NCBI GenBank assembly: GCA_040394255.1
Contig: JBEBSP010000001.1
Location: 1-47,748 of the forward strand
DNA: 47,748 bases
Direction of reading: 5' to 3'
From: Agaricicola taiwanensis
GTDB taxonomy: Bacteria; Pseudomonadota; Alphaproteobacteria; Rhizobiales; Methylopilaceae
The position numbers were made by a program, and so were the translations under genes. This document shows positions 35,770 to 44,841 of the stretch, piece after piece (position 1 is the first letter of the stretch; every line of letters starts with the position of its first letter). The notes under the pieces are model-generated. The model had not been told where the DNA came from. It did no database searches and saw only the letters and a list, made by a program, of their open reading frames with translations.

Positions 35770-37563
35770 TCATCCCGGCGTCAGCGCCGCCACGGCGCCC
35801 GGCGTGAACAGCGCCCCGGACCCGCCCATGAGAGCCTGCGCGATGCCGGGGGCTTCGGCCGTCAGATGTTCGGCGAAGAACCGCGCGATGGCGGTGTGCG
35901 CCGCCATGTCCTTGCCCATGCGGTGCGCGGCGAGAACGCCGTCGGCGAGAGCACAGCCACCCGCCGCCAGCGCGAACAGGCGCAGGTAGGGCGTCGCCGC
36001 CGCCAGGCTTTCGTCGGTTGTCCGGCCCGGGGTCATCAGCCAGCGCGTGGCCTCGTCCAGCGCCTTGACCGCCGCATCGAGCCGCTCGGCCATGGCGCCC
36101 AGATCCGGCGCGTTGGACGAGGCGATATCCTTCACCGTGGCGCGCAGGCCCGCGATCAGGTCCCGCACGCACTCCCCGCCCGACTGGGGCAGCTTGCGCG
36201 TCACGAGGTCGATCGCCTGGATGCCGTTGGTGCCCTCGTAGATGGCGGCGATACGCGCGTCGCGGAGATACTGCGCCGCGCCGGTCTCCTCGATGTAGCC
36301 CATGCCGCCGTGCACCTGGATGCCGAGCGAGGCGACCTCGATGCCGATGTCGGTTGAAAAAGCCTTGGCAACCGGCGTCAGGAGGTTGGCCCGTTCCTGA
36401 CCGGCTTTCCGGCCCGCCTCATCCCCGCCGCGCTTGGCGCGGTCGAGCGCCGTGGCGGTCCGATAGCACAGGGCGCGGGCGGCCGCGGTCAGCGCGCGCA
36501 TGGTCATGAGCATGCGCCTCACGTCCGGATGCCCGACGATGGGGATCATGCCGCCGGATGCTGCGGTCCGGGCGGCCGAAGGGGCGGCTCCCTGCAGCCG
36601 CTGGTGGGCGTAGGCCAGCGCCTGCTGGGTGGCCCTTTCGGCGACGGCAACCCCTTCCAGCCCGACCGCGAGCCGCGCGTTGTTCATCATGGTGAACATG
36701 CACGCCAGACCGCGATGCTCCTCTCCCACAAGGAAACCAACGGCTCCCTCGTTGTCGCCGTAGATCATGGTGCATGTGGGCGAGCCGTGGATGCCCATCT
36801 TGTGTTCGATGGAATGACAACGCAGATCGTTGTGAGGTCCAAGCGAACCGTCTGAATCCAAAAGGAATTTCGGCACAAGGAACAGCGAGATGCCCTTCGT
36901 TCCGGGCGGCGCGTCCAGCAGGCGCGCCAGGACGAAATGGATGATGTTTTCGGTGAGGTCGTGCTCGCCGTAGGTGATGAATATCTTCTGGCCGAATATC
37001 CGGTAGCTGCCATCCCCGGCCCTCTCGGCCCTCGCCCTGACCGCCGCGAGATCGGACCCGGCCTGAGGCTCGGTGAGGTTCATGGTCCCGGTCCATTCTC
37101 CGGACACGAGCCTGGCGAGATAGGTGTCCTTCAATTCCCGTGAGCCATGAGCTTCCAAGGCTTCGGCGGCCCCTTGCGTCAGCACCGGAGCGAGGCCGAA
37201 GGCCATGTTGGCCGCAGCCCACATCTCGCTGGTCGCGGCCCAGAGCGCGACCGGCAATCCCTGACCGCCGTATTCCTCCCGCGCCATCAAGCCGTTCCAT
37301 CCGGCCTCGCGCCAGCGGGTGTAGAGATCCGGCCAGCCTTTCGGCGTCGTTACCCGGCCTTCGGCAAAACGCGCGCCTTCGCGATCACCCGGCTGGTTCG
37401 ATGGCGCGAGTTCATCGGTTGCAAATTTCCCCGCTTCCTCAAGGACGGCGTCGATGACATCCTCGTCCAGATCGCCATAAAGACCGCGATCGAGGTCGTC
37501 CTTCACACCCGCGATATGCTTCAATGCAAAGGCAATCTCATCAACGGGTGCGCGGTAGCTCAT
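35770..37563 (-). CDS. acyl-CoA dehydrogenase
   Basis: MNLTEPQAGSDL, KIFIT, KMGIHGSPT, QVHGGMGY and IYEGTNGIQA motifs. Confidence 0.95.
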   Translation of the reverse strand: MSYRAPVDEIAFALKHIAGVKDDLDRGLYGDLDEDVIDAVLEEAGKFATDELAPSNQPGDREGARFAEGRVTTPKGWPDLYTRWREAGWNGLMAREEYGGQGLPVALWAATSEMWAAANMAFGLAPVLTQGAAEALEAHGSRELKDTYLARLVSGEWTGTMNLTEPQAGSDLAAVRARAERAGDGSYRIFGQKIFITYGEHDLTENIIHFVLARLLDAPPGTKGISLFLVPKFLLDSDGSLGPHNDLRCHSIEHKMGIHGSPTCTMIYGDNEGAVGFLVGEEHRGLACMFTMMNNARLAVGLEGVAVAERATQQALAYAHQRLQGAAPSAARTAASGGMIPIVGHPDVRRMLMTMRALTAAARALCYRTATALDRAKRGGDEAGRKAGQERANLLTPVAKAFSTDIGIEVASLGIQVHGGMGYIEETGAAQYLRDARIAAIYEGTNGIQAIDLVTRKLPQSGGECVRDLIAGLRATVKDIASSNAPDLGAMAERLDAAVKALDEATRWLMTPGRTTDESLAAATPYLRLFALAAGGCALADGVLAAHRMGKDMAAHTAIARFFAEHLTAEAPGIAQALMGGSGALFTPGAVAALTPG

Positions 37564-37666
37564 GGATAGGTCTCCTCCCACACGGGGCTTCCCAGCGCTT
37601 GACCCGCTGGTATTTTACGGGTTTAGCCCCCATAGCCGCCCGTAAGCGAACTCTAGGACCGAAGCC

Positions 37667-38671
37667 GTGACAGTCAATGTCAGCACCGACAGCCGTACCG
37701 GGGATATTCACGCGACCGAGCATCTTGCGGCCGATGACGCCGGCATCAACCGGGCGGCGGAACTGCTGCTGCAGGGACATCTCGTCTCGTTCCCGACCGA
37801 AACGGTCTATGGCCTCGGCGCGGACGCCACGCAAGGGGAAGCCGTAGCCGGCATCTTCGCCGCCAAGGAGCGCCCGCGCTTCAACCCGCTCATCCTGCAT
37901 GTCCGCGATCTGGAATCGGCATCGCGTTTCGGGACCTTCAACACGATCGCGATCCGTCTGGCCGAGGCGCTCTGGCCCGGCCCGCTAACACTGGTTATTC
38001 CTTTCACAGCATCTTCCCCTGTTTCGGAGATCGCGAGGGCCGGTCTCGACAGCCTTGCCCTGCGCGTACCAGCACATGCTACCGCCCGTCGACTTCTTGA
38101 AGCTGTCGATCGACCCGTGGCGGCTCCTTCCGCCAACCGATCGGGGCGTATCAGCCCCACGACGGCCCAGCACGTCCTTGCCGATCTTGAAGGCCGCATA
38201 AGCGCGGTTCTGGATGATGGCGCGACCCAGGTCGGCGTTGAATCCACGATCATCAGCTGCCTCAACGACGACGTCCGAATCCTGAGGCCGGGCGGCGTCG
38301 ACCGAGCCATGATCGAGGACATCATCGGCCGGCCCGTAGCCGGTCATTCATCCTCCGCGAAGGTTGTCGCGCCCGGCATGCTCGTGTCGCATTACGCTCC
38401 CAGAACGCGTGTCCGGCTGAACGCCGAGAGCGTCGAAGAGGGCGAGGCATGGCTCGGCTTTGGTCCCGGAGAACCTTCGGGACCAAAGCCTGTGGCGTCC
38501 TTCAATCTCAGCCCACGCGGAGACTTGCGTGAGGCCGCGGCAACTCTTTTTGCCGCATTGCGATCTTTGGATGCCCCCACGACAACATGCATCGCCGTGG
38601 CCGCCATTCCATCCAGCGGGCTTGGCGAAGCCATCAACGATCGCCTGGCTCGCGCTGCCGCACCCAGGTGA
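37667..38671 (+). CDS. sua5: threonylcarbamoyl-AMP synthase (Sua5/TsaC)
   Basis: PTETVYGLGADA, KERPRFNPLI, APSANRSG and PGM..SHY motifs plus a SUA5 C-terminal domain. Confidence 0.95.
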   Translation: MTVNVSTDSRTGDIHATEHLAADDAGINRAAELLLQGHLVSFPTETVYGLGADATQGEAVAGIFAAKERPRFNPLILHVRDLESASRFGTFNTIAIRLAEALWPGPLTLVIPFTASSPVSEIARAGLDSLALRVPAHATARRLLEAVDRPVAAPSANRSGRISPTTAQHVLADLEGRISAVLDDGATQVGVESTIISCLNDDVRILRPGGVDRAMIEDIIGRPVAGHSSSAKVVAPGMLVSHYAPRTRVRLNAESVEEGEAWLGFGPGEPSGPKPVASFNLSPRGDLREAAATLFAALRSLDAPTTTCIAVAAIPSSGLGEAINDRLARAAAPR

Positions 38672-38686
38672 AGGAGCACTCAGGCG

Positions 38687-40093
38687 ATGCAGACTCTCGT
38701 GCGGTGTTTGACGGGCATTGTCGGTGAAAAGCACGTCCTTACGGATGCCTCCGCCATGGCGGCTTACCTCACCGAGGAGCGCAATCTGTATCACGGGCGC
38801 GCGCTGGCGGTCGTCCGGCCCGGCTCAACGCAAGAGGTCTCGGAGATCGTCAAGGCCTGCTTCGAAACCGGAACACCGATCGTGCCGCAAGGCGGCAATA
38901 CAGGCCTTGTGGGAGGCGGCGTTCCTGACGAAACGGGCCGCTCCGTCGTCCTGTCCCTCGGACGGATGACAGCCGTTCGGGATATCGATCTCGACAGCGA
39001 TACGGTGACACTCGAAGCCGGCGTCACGTTACAGCATGCGCAGGACACGGCTGCGGAACATGGACGGCTTTTTCCCCTCAGCCTCGCCTCGGAGGGCAGT
39101 TGCACCATAGGCGGCAACATCGCGACCAATGCCGGAGGAACGGCGGTTCTGGCTTATGGCAACACGCGCGATCTGGTGGTCGGCCTGGAGGTCGTGCTCG
39201 CTGACGGCCGGATCTGGAACGGCCTGCGCAAGCTCAAGAAGGACAATACGGGGTATGACCTCAGGCATATCTTCATAGGCTCCGAAGGCACGCTCGGCAT
39301 CGTCACCGCCGCCGTCCTCAAGCTTTTCCCGGCGGTACGCTCGCGCGAAACCGCCATAGCTGGGTGCAGCAGCCCGGAACAGGCGCTGGCCGTTCTGCGC
39401 CGGGCTCGCGCCGAGGCCGGCAGCGCACTCGTGGCTTGTGAACTCATGCCACGGATCGGACTGGACTTCGTTCTTCGGCATGCGGCCGGGACACGAGACC
39501 CTCTTCAGTCATCCCATGACTGGTACATTCTGGTTGAGCTTGCCTCGCCGAATGCCCCCTCCCTCCGCGACAATCTGGAGACAATACTCGGAGAAGCCAT
39601 TGAATCCGGCGACGTTGACGATGCTGTCCTCGCCGAAACCATGGACCAGCGCGCATCTTTCTGGAAACTTCGGCACATGCTCTCCGAAGTGCAGAAACAC
39701 GAGGGTGGCTCGATCAAGCACGATGTTTCCGTTCCGCTTGCGGAACTCCCGGCTTTTCTTCAGGAGGCCTGCGATGCAGCCCGCAGGCTGGTTCCAGAAT
39801 GCCGCCCCGTGCCGTTCGGACATGTCGGCGACGGCAACATACACTTCAATGTCAGCCAGCCTCCGGACGCGAACAAGCAGTCCTACCTTGCCCTCTGGCA
39901 GGAGATGAACGAGGCGATCCACGCGATCGTAACCCGGCATGGCGGATCGATTTCAGCCGAGCATGGAATTGGCCGCCTCAAGCGCTCACTCCTACCCATG
40001 GTCAAAGACGCTGTTGAGATGCAATTAATGCGCGATATGAAACGGGCGCTTGACCCCTCAGGGATTTTGAACCCAGGCGTTATCCTCGAATAG
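38687..40093 (+). CDS. FAD-binding oxidoreductase (D-2-hydroxyacid dehydrogenase/GlcD family)
   Basis: PQGGNTGLVGG, GGNIATNAGG, KDNTGYDL, GHVGDGNIH and SAEHGIG motifs. Confidence 0.93.
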   Translation: MQTLVRCLTGIVGEKHVLTDASAMAAYLTEERNLYHGRALAVVRPGSTQEVSEIVKACFETGTPIVPQGGNTGLVGGGVPDETGRSVVLSLGRMTAVRDIDLDSDTVTLEAGVTLQHAQDTAAEHGRLFPLSLASEGSCTIGGNIATNAGGTAVLAYGNTRDLVVGLEVVLADGRIWNGLRKLKKDNTGYDLRHIFIGSEGTLGIVTAAVLKLFPAVRSRETAIAGCSSPEQALAVLRRARAEAGSALVACELMPRIGLDFVLRHAAGTRDPLQSSHDWYILVELASPNAPSLRDNLETILGEAIESGDVDDAVLAETMDQRASFWKLRHMLSEVQKHEGGSIKHDVSVPLAELPAFLQEACDAARRLVPECRPVPFGHVGDGNIHFNVSQPPDANKQSYLALWQEMNEAIHAIVTRHGGSISAEHGIGRLKRSLLPMVKDAVEMQLMRDMKRALDPSGILNPGVILE

Positions 40094-40166
40094 GACTTAA
40101 CGACGTTAACGTTGGTGAAACATCGTCGATTGAAAGTATGCTCTGGCGAGGCTCCATACTTTCATC

Positions 40167-40670
40167 ATGCTCACATCCGCACACTACTCGACGAGCAGAC
40201 CCGAAGCGGCCGGAACTACGATCGCCGAGGCATTGACTGCGGCCAACGTCAACCCCCGCACGGGCCTCGCCACAGATTACCTCAATCATTTCAACGAATT
40301 CGTGATGCTTCTGGATCTGCTCCCATCGGCACCCGAGCTTGGACAGGAAATGCTTTCATGGGCACCTCTGAGCTACCGAGAGCACTTTCAACAGTCCAAC
40401 TTTCGAGAAAAAGACCTCGTCATACAAGCATACGACCTATCGCCTGGCAGATACCGGAAAGAATTCGACGAAACAATAATTCTACTCAATGAGTCCATTA
40501 GGACAACCCAAATGAAGATAAACTCATCCAACGATTCCTCTTACGTAGAATCGTCATCAACTCTCATACGGGATCTCATTGCACGCGCTGGGTCCATTAT
40601 AAATGGGGGGCTTTCTTTCAACGCAAGCGCCGAAGATACCCAGGATGCGGTCGATGCCCTTTTTGACTAA
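40167..40670 (+). CDS. hypothetical protein (GLATDYLNHFNE motif) with C-terminal TQDAVDALFD
   Basis: 167-aa helical-looking ORF in the coding direction. Function unknown. Confidence 0.75.
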   Translation: MLTSAHYSTSRPEAAGTTIAEALTAANVNPRTGLATDYLNHFNEFVMLLDLLPSAPELGQEMLSWAPLSYREHFQQSNFREKDLVIQAYDLSPGRYRKEFDETIILLNESIRTTQMKINSSNDSSYVESSSTLIRDLIARAGSIINGGLSFNASAEDTQDAVDALFD

Positions 40671-40798
40671 CATCAAATCTCCGCGCTCCGGCACGTTCTT
40701 CCCTCCAAATGCGCGATGTGCTTGAAGCTGGCATCGTCCCCTTGCGTTGGTATCCACCACAGCGCAGGTTGCAGCTTTCCGCATTTGCCGAGATATCA

Positions 40799-41170
40799 AT
40801 GATCCGCTGCGTCTTCCTGGTGTTGTTCACACTGACATGCGTCATGCCCGCAAGCGCGCAATCAGAAGCGCCTGCTTATGAAAGCGACCTCCTCAAGCTC
40901 TCTGAAATCCTCGGCGCCCTGCACTATCTTCGCACCCTTTGCGGAGATGACGATGCTCCAGCCTGGCGCGAGCGCATGCAAGCCTTGATCGAGGCGGAAA
41001 GCTGTCAGCCTGAACGTTGCGAGCGGTTGGCGGGGGCTTTCAATGCCGGCTTTCAGGGCTATTCCCGCAACTACCGAAGCTGCACGGCTTCGGCCAGAAC
41101 GGCGGTGCAGCGATTTCTGTCGGAAGGGTCCCGCCTGGCGGACAGCATCAACGCCCGCAACGTGAATTGA
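40799..41170 (+). CDS. TIGR02301/DUF2385 family secreted protein
   Basis: Signal peptide, then LLKLSEILGALHYLRTLC...WR..M...FN.GF..Y...CT. Confidence 0.85.
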   Translation: MIRCVFLVLFTLTCVMPASAQSEAPAYESDLLKLSEILGALHYLRTLCGDDDAPAWRERMQALIEAESCQPERCERLAGAFNAGFQGYSRNYRSCTASARTAVQRFLSEGSRLADSINARNVN

Positions 41171-41243
41171 GTGTATTTTGTTAACTCATTCTTCAGGTGG
41201 GATGTTAACCCGAGACAAAAGCGTGTTAAGGCTTCGGTGAGAT

Positions 41244-41525
41244 TTGACAGGAGTTTCAATCTTGCCGTCCGAGACCACGAACACTGAAGACACACGCGCA
41301 TTGTTCGAAGAAGAGCGTCGCGCGGCGCTTGATCACCTCGATGATGCCTGGGAAGAAGCGGCGACCGAGGGGATTGCTCCCGAATGTGTGGCGCATGCCG
41401 CCCTGTTCCGTGCGCTGGCGGAATTCGTGACCTCCTATGGCGAGGAAGCGACCGCTGCCTTCGCGGAGAAACTGTCCGACCGGATCAAGCGCGGCGAGTT
41501 CACGCTTGATCGGCTGATGCATTGA
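41244..41525 (+). CDS. small acidic hypothetical protein
   Basis: AWEEA..EGI...VAHAALF.AL...V..YGEE...RI..GEFT pattern recalled from Rhizobiales. TTG start is uncertain. Confidence 0.7.
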   Translation: MTGVSILPSETTNTEDTRALFEEERRAALDHLDDAWEEAATEGIAPECVAHAALFRALAEFVTSYGEEATAAFAEKLSDRIKRGEFTLDRLMH

Positions 41526-41575
41526 TCCTGTCGAAGGCGGGTATGATCGCGACTCGAGTCAACCGCGAGCCCTCC

Positions 41576-42175
41576 ATGCGCCTTCTTCCCGTCTCTCTGA
41601 TTCTGGCCCTCGGGCTGTACACAGCCGCCGCTTCAGCTGCACCGACCGCAACTTCACCCGCGGAAGCCAAGGCCGAGGCGGCGGAGCCGTCGCCTGCGAT
41701 CGAACAGGCCCTGCCCGAAGTCCAATATGATCCCGGCCTCCTGCCGGAGCCCGTCCGCGTCATGCGCGACAAGATCCTGGAGGCGGCCAAGTCGGGTGAT
41801 CCTGAGAAACTCCGGCCGGTGATCGAATCCAACGAGATGCCGCCTTCCTTCACCTTCGGAGAGGAGACGGACCCGATCAAGGGGCTGATCTCCGCGTCGG
41901 TGGACGGCAAGGGCCGCGAGGTCCTCGCCATCCTCGCCGAGCTCATGGAAGCGGGATACGCCCATGTGGACAAGGGCACGCCGCAGGAGATGTATCTCTG
42001 GCCCTATTTCGCGCGCTACCCGCTCGACAAACTCTCGCCGCCGCAACTGGTGGAGGTGTTCCGGATCGTGACGGCGGCGGAATACGAGGAGATGCTGAAT
42101 TTCGGCGCATATAATTTCTACCGCGTCGGCATCGGCCCCGACGGAACCTGGCACTTCTTCATCGCCGGCGACTGA
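41576..42175 (+). CDS. exported hypothetical protein
   Basis: Signal peptide, Ala/Glu/Pro linker, and YLWPYFA...YNFYRVGIGPDGTWHFFIAGD. Confidence 0.75.
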   Translation: MRLLPVSLILALGLYTAAASAAPTATSPAEAKAEAAEPSPAIEQALPEVQYDPGLLPEPVRVMRDKILEAAKSGDPEKLRPVIESNEMPPSFTFGEETDPIKGLISASVDGKGREVLAILAELMEAGYAHVDKGTPQEMYLWPYFARYPLDKLSPPQLVEVFRIVTAAEYEEMLNFGAYNFYRVGIGPDGTWHFFIAGD

Positions 42176-42179
42176 TCGG

Positions 42180-42204
42180 GGAACGCCCTTAGCCGCCAAC
42201 CGTT
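42180..42204 (+). promoter_or_regulatory. second sigma-EcfG-type promoter
   Basis: GGAAC(42180-42184)-N16-CGTT(42201-42204), just upstream of the CoA-binding gene. Confidence 0.7.
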
Positions 42205-42229
42205 GGACTCCCGAACCAACGGTGACGAC

Positions 42230-42682
42230 ATGGCCCTGACACGACCCATCAACCAGCCCGCGCCATCCTCCGACGTGATGCGCGATCTCCTGGCATCGGC
42301 GCGGGTGATCGCCATCGTCGGCGCGAGCATCGATCCCCGACGACCGAGCTTCAGCATCGCCTCCTACCTCAAGCGCCATGGCTATCGCATCCTGCCGGTC
42401 AACCCGCACGGGATGGGGCATCTCCTCCACGGCGAACCCTTCCACGCGTCGCTACGTGACCTTCCCGGCCCGGTCGACATCGTCAACGTTTTCCGGCGCT
42501 CCGATGCCCTGCCCGAGGTGGTCGAGGACGCCATCGCGGCGAAGGCACCCGCGCTCTGGACGCAGATCGGCGTCACCAACGCCGCCGCTCGGCAACGCGC
42601 GGAGGAAAGCGGCATGATCGTGGTGATGAACCGCTGCATCAGGGTGGAACATTCGCGGCTCGGCATAAGCCGGATTTGCTGA
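42230..42682 (+). CDS. CoA-binding protein (YccU family)
   Basis: IAIVGAS..P.RPS, PVNP, DIVNVFRR, LWTQIG and MNRCI motifs. Confidence 0.92.
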   Translation: MALTRPINQPAPSSDVMRDLLASARVIAIVGASIDPRRPSFSIASYLKRHGYRILPVNPHGMGHLLHGEPFHASLRDLPGPVDIVNVFRRSDALPEVVEDAIAAKAPALWTQIGVTNAAARQRAEESGMIVVMNRCIRVEHSRLGISRIC

Positions 42683-42735
42683 CACCAGAAGCACAGAGGA
42701 AACTTCGGTCTTGTGGGAGAAGAATTCATCGCTAT

Positions 42736-42770
42736 ATAGGTAGCTACCTATCTATATGTGAGCTAACTAT
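42736..42770. promoter_or_regulatory. probable MarR operator (tandem palindromic sites)
   Basis: Perfect palindrome ATAGGTAGCTACCTAT (42736-42751) and a related copy TATGTGAGCTAACTAT (42755-42770) next to the marR ATG. Confidence 0.7.
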
Positions 42771-42771
42771 T

Positions 42772-43197
42772 ATGGCGACCGGCAAGGAATTCGTCGACGA
42801 ACTGTCGAAGGTCAGCCGCAGGATGCGGACCCTGTTCGACGCGCGCGTCAAGGAACAAGGCCTGACCCTGTCACGGGCACGCCTGCTGATACTGTTGCTG
42901 CGCGAGGATGGCGTCAGCCAGTCTTCGCTCGCGGGCGAGCTGGAGATCGAAAATCCAACCCTCGTACGGCTGCTCGATTCCTTGGAGAAACAAGGCCTGA
43001 TCGAACGCCGGACGGATAAAGGCGATCGCCGCGCCAAACAGATTTTCCTCACCGCCGCCGGGACGGAGCGCGCCGGCGACGTCAGTCGCATGGCAAGCAA
43101 TTTTCGCTCCGAAATCCTGGCCGACCTGTCCGATGATGACATGGCGGCGGCGGTGCGCGTGTTCCGCGCCATGACGCGCACCATGACCGGTGAGTGA
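42772..43197 (+). CDS. MarR/SlyA family transcriptional regulator
   Basis: SQSSLAGELEIENPTLVRLLDSLEKQGLIER..D..DRRAK motif. Confidence 0.93.
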   Translation: MATGKEFVDELSKVSRRMRTLFDARVKEQGLTLSRARLLILLLREDGVSQSSLAGELEIENPTLVRLLDSLEKQGLIERRTDKGDRRAKQIFLTAAGTERAGDVSRMASNFRSEILADLSDDDMAAAVRVFRAMTRTMTGE

Positions 43198-44825
43198 TGT
43201 CCTCGACCGACACAACCGACCTGCCGGCGGCACCGCCGCCCGACGGCTTCTTCAACATGCCGCCGCGCCGGGCGGCGGCCTATATGCTGGCCGCCGTGCT
43301 GCTCAGCCTGACGCAGGGGCTGGGCATGAACCTCATCACCGGTAATCTGTTGCAGATTCAGGGATCCCTGGGCGCGACCACCGTCGAGGCGACCTGGCTG
43401 GTGGCAGCCTACATGGCCCCGAACGCCAGCCTCTCGCTGCTGCTCATCAAGATGCGCACCCAGTTCGGCCTGCGGAACTTCGCCGAGGTCGCCATCCTCG
43501 TCTTCGTGGCCGTGACCTTCCTTCACTTCCTGGTCGACGACTACCAGTCGGCGCTGGTGGTGCGCTTCTTCAGCGGCATCGCCGCCGCGCCCATGTCGAG
43601 CCTCGGCTTCCTCTACATGCTGGAGTCCTTTCCGCCGGCACGGAAGATGACCGTGGGTCTGTGCCTGGCGCTGACCAACATCTCGATCGCCGCGCCGCTG
43701 GCCCATATCATCTCGCCCGCGCTGCTGGACCTCGGCGACTGGCACAGCCTCTATGTGCTCGAGATCGCGCTGGCGATGATGGCCTGCGGCGCGGTCTACC
43801 TGCTGCCGCTGACCTCGCCGCCGCGCGCCAAGGTCATCAGCCGGACGGATATCCTGAGCTACCTGCTGATCGCCATCGGCTTCGGTTCGCTCGCCGTGGT
43901 GCTCACGATGGGCCGGCTCTACTGGTGGTTCGAAGCGCCCTGGATCGGCCTGCTGCTGGTGCTCGCCATCGCGGCCCTGACGGCGGCCGCCGTCATCGAG
44001 CTCAACCGTGACAATCCCCTGATCGACGTGCGCTGGCTGTCCAGCAAGGAGGTGCTGCATTTCACCGGCGCCCTGCTGGTGTTCCGGATCGTCCTCACGG
44101 AGCAGACAACCGGCGCGAGCGGCCTGTTCCAGACGCTCGGGCTCGGCAACGACCAGCTCGTCACGCTCCATGTCGTCATCCTCGCCGCCGGCGTCGTGGC
44201 GGGACTCGGCTGCGCGCTGGTGATGAAACCGGGCCGCGAACCGGCCATCCACGCGGTGGCGCTGGCCATGCTCATCCTGGGCGCCTCCATGGACGCCCAG
44301 GCCACCAACCTGACGCGGCCCGAGCAGATGTACGCCAGCCAGGCCCTGATCGCGGGCGCGGGCGCGCTGTTCCTGCCCCCTGCCCTCGCCTCCGGCCTTG
44401 CCTCGGCGCTGAGGAAGGGGCCGAACTACATCCTCAGCTTCGTCATCATCTTCCTGTCGACGCAGAGCCTTGGCGGCCTGATGGGCTCGGCGCTGCTCGG
44501 CAGCTTCGTGACGCTGCGCGAGAAGTTCCATTCCAGCCAGCTCGTGGAGCATATCACCCTGACGAACCCCTTCGTCGCGCAGCGCGCAGCGCAGCTCGGC
44601 GAGGCCTACGGCCGGGTGCTGGCCGATCCGGCCCTGCGGCAGGCGGAAGGCCTCGCACTCATCAGCCAGCAGGCGACGCGCGAGGCCAATGTGCTCGCCT
44701 ACAACGACCTGTTCTTCCTCGTTTCGGCCCTTTCCGCCACGGCGCTCGCCGCGCTGCTGATCCATGTCGCCATCACCGCCGCATGGCAGCGCCGAATGCC
44801 CCCAAGTGAACCCGTTACCGCCTGA
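43197..44825 (+). CDS. MFS transporter (DHA2/EmrB-like)
   Basis: About 14 TM segments, WLVAAY and C-terminal REANVLAYND; lies between marR and a HlyD gene. Confidence 0.88.
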   Translation: MSSTDTTDLPAAPPPDGFFNMPPRRAAAYMLAAVLLSLTQGLGMNLITGNLLQIQGSLGATTVEATWLVAAYMAPNASLSLLLIKMRTQFGLRNFAEVAILVFVAVTFLHFLVDDYQSALVVRFFSGIAAAPMSSLGFLYMLESFPPARKMTVGLCLALTNISIAAPLAHIISPALLDLGDWHSLYVLEIALAMMACGAVYLLPLTSPPRAKVISRTDILSYLLIAIGFGSLAVVLTMGRLYWWFEAPWIGLLLVLAIAALTAAAVIELNRDNPLIDVRWLSSKEVLHFTGALLVFRIVLTEQTTGASGLFQTLGLGNDQLVTLHVVILAAGVVAGLGCALVMKPGREPAIHAVALAMLILGASMDAQATNLTRPEQMYASQALIAGAGALFLPPALASGLASALRKGPNYILSFVIIFLSTQSLGGLMGSALLGSFVTLREKFHSSQLVEHITLTNPFVAQRAAQLGEAYGRVLADPALRQAEGLALISQQATREANVLAYNDLFFLVSALSATALAALLIHVAITAAWQRRMPPSEPVTA

Positions 44826-44841
44826 CGCTCCTGATACAGCC

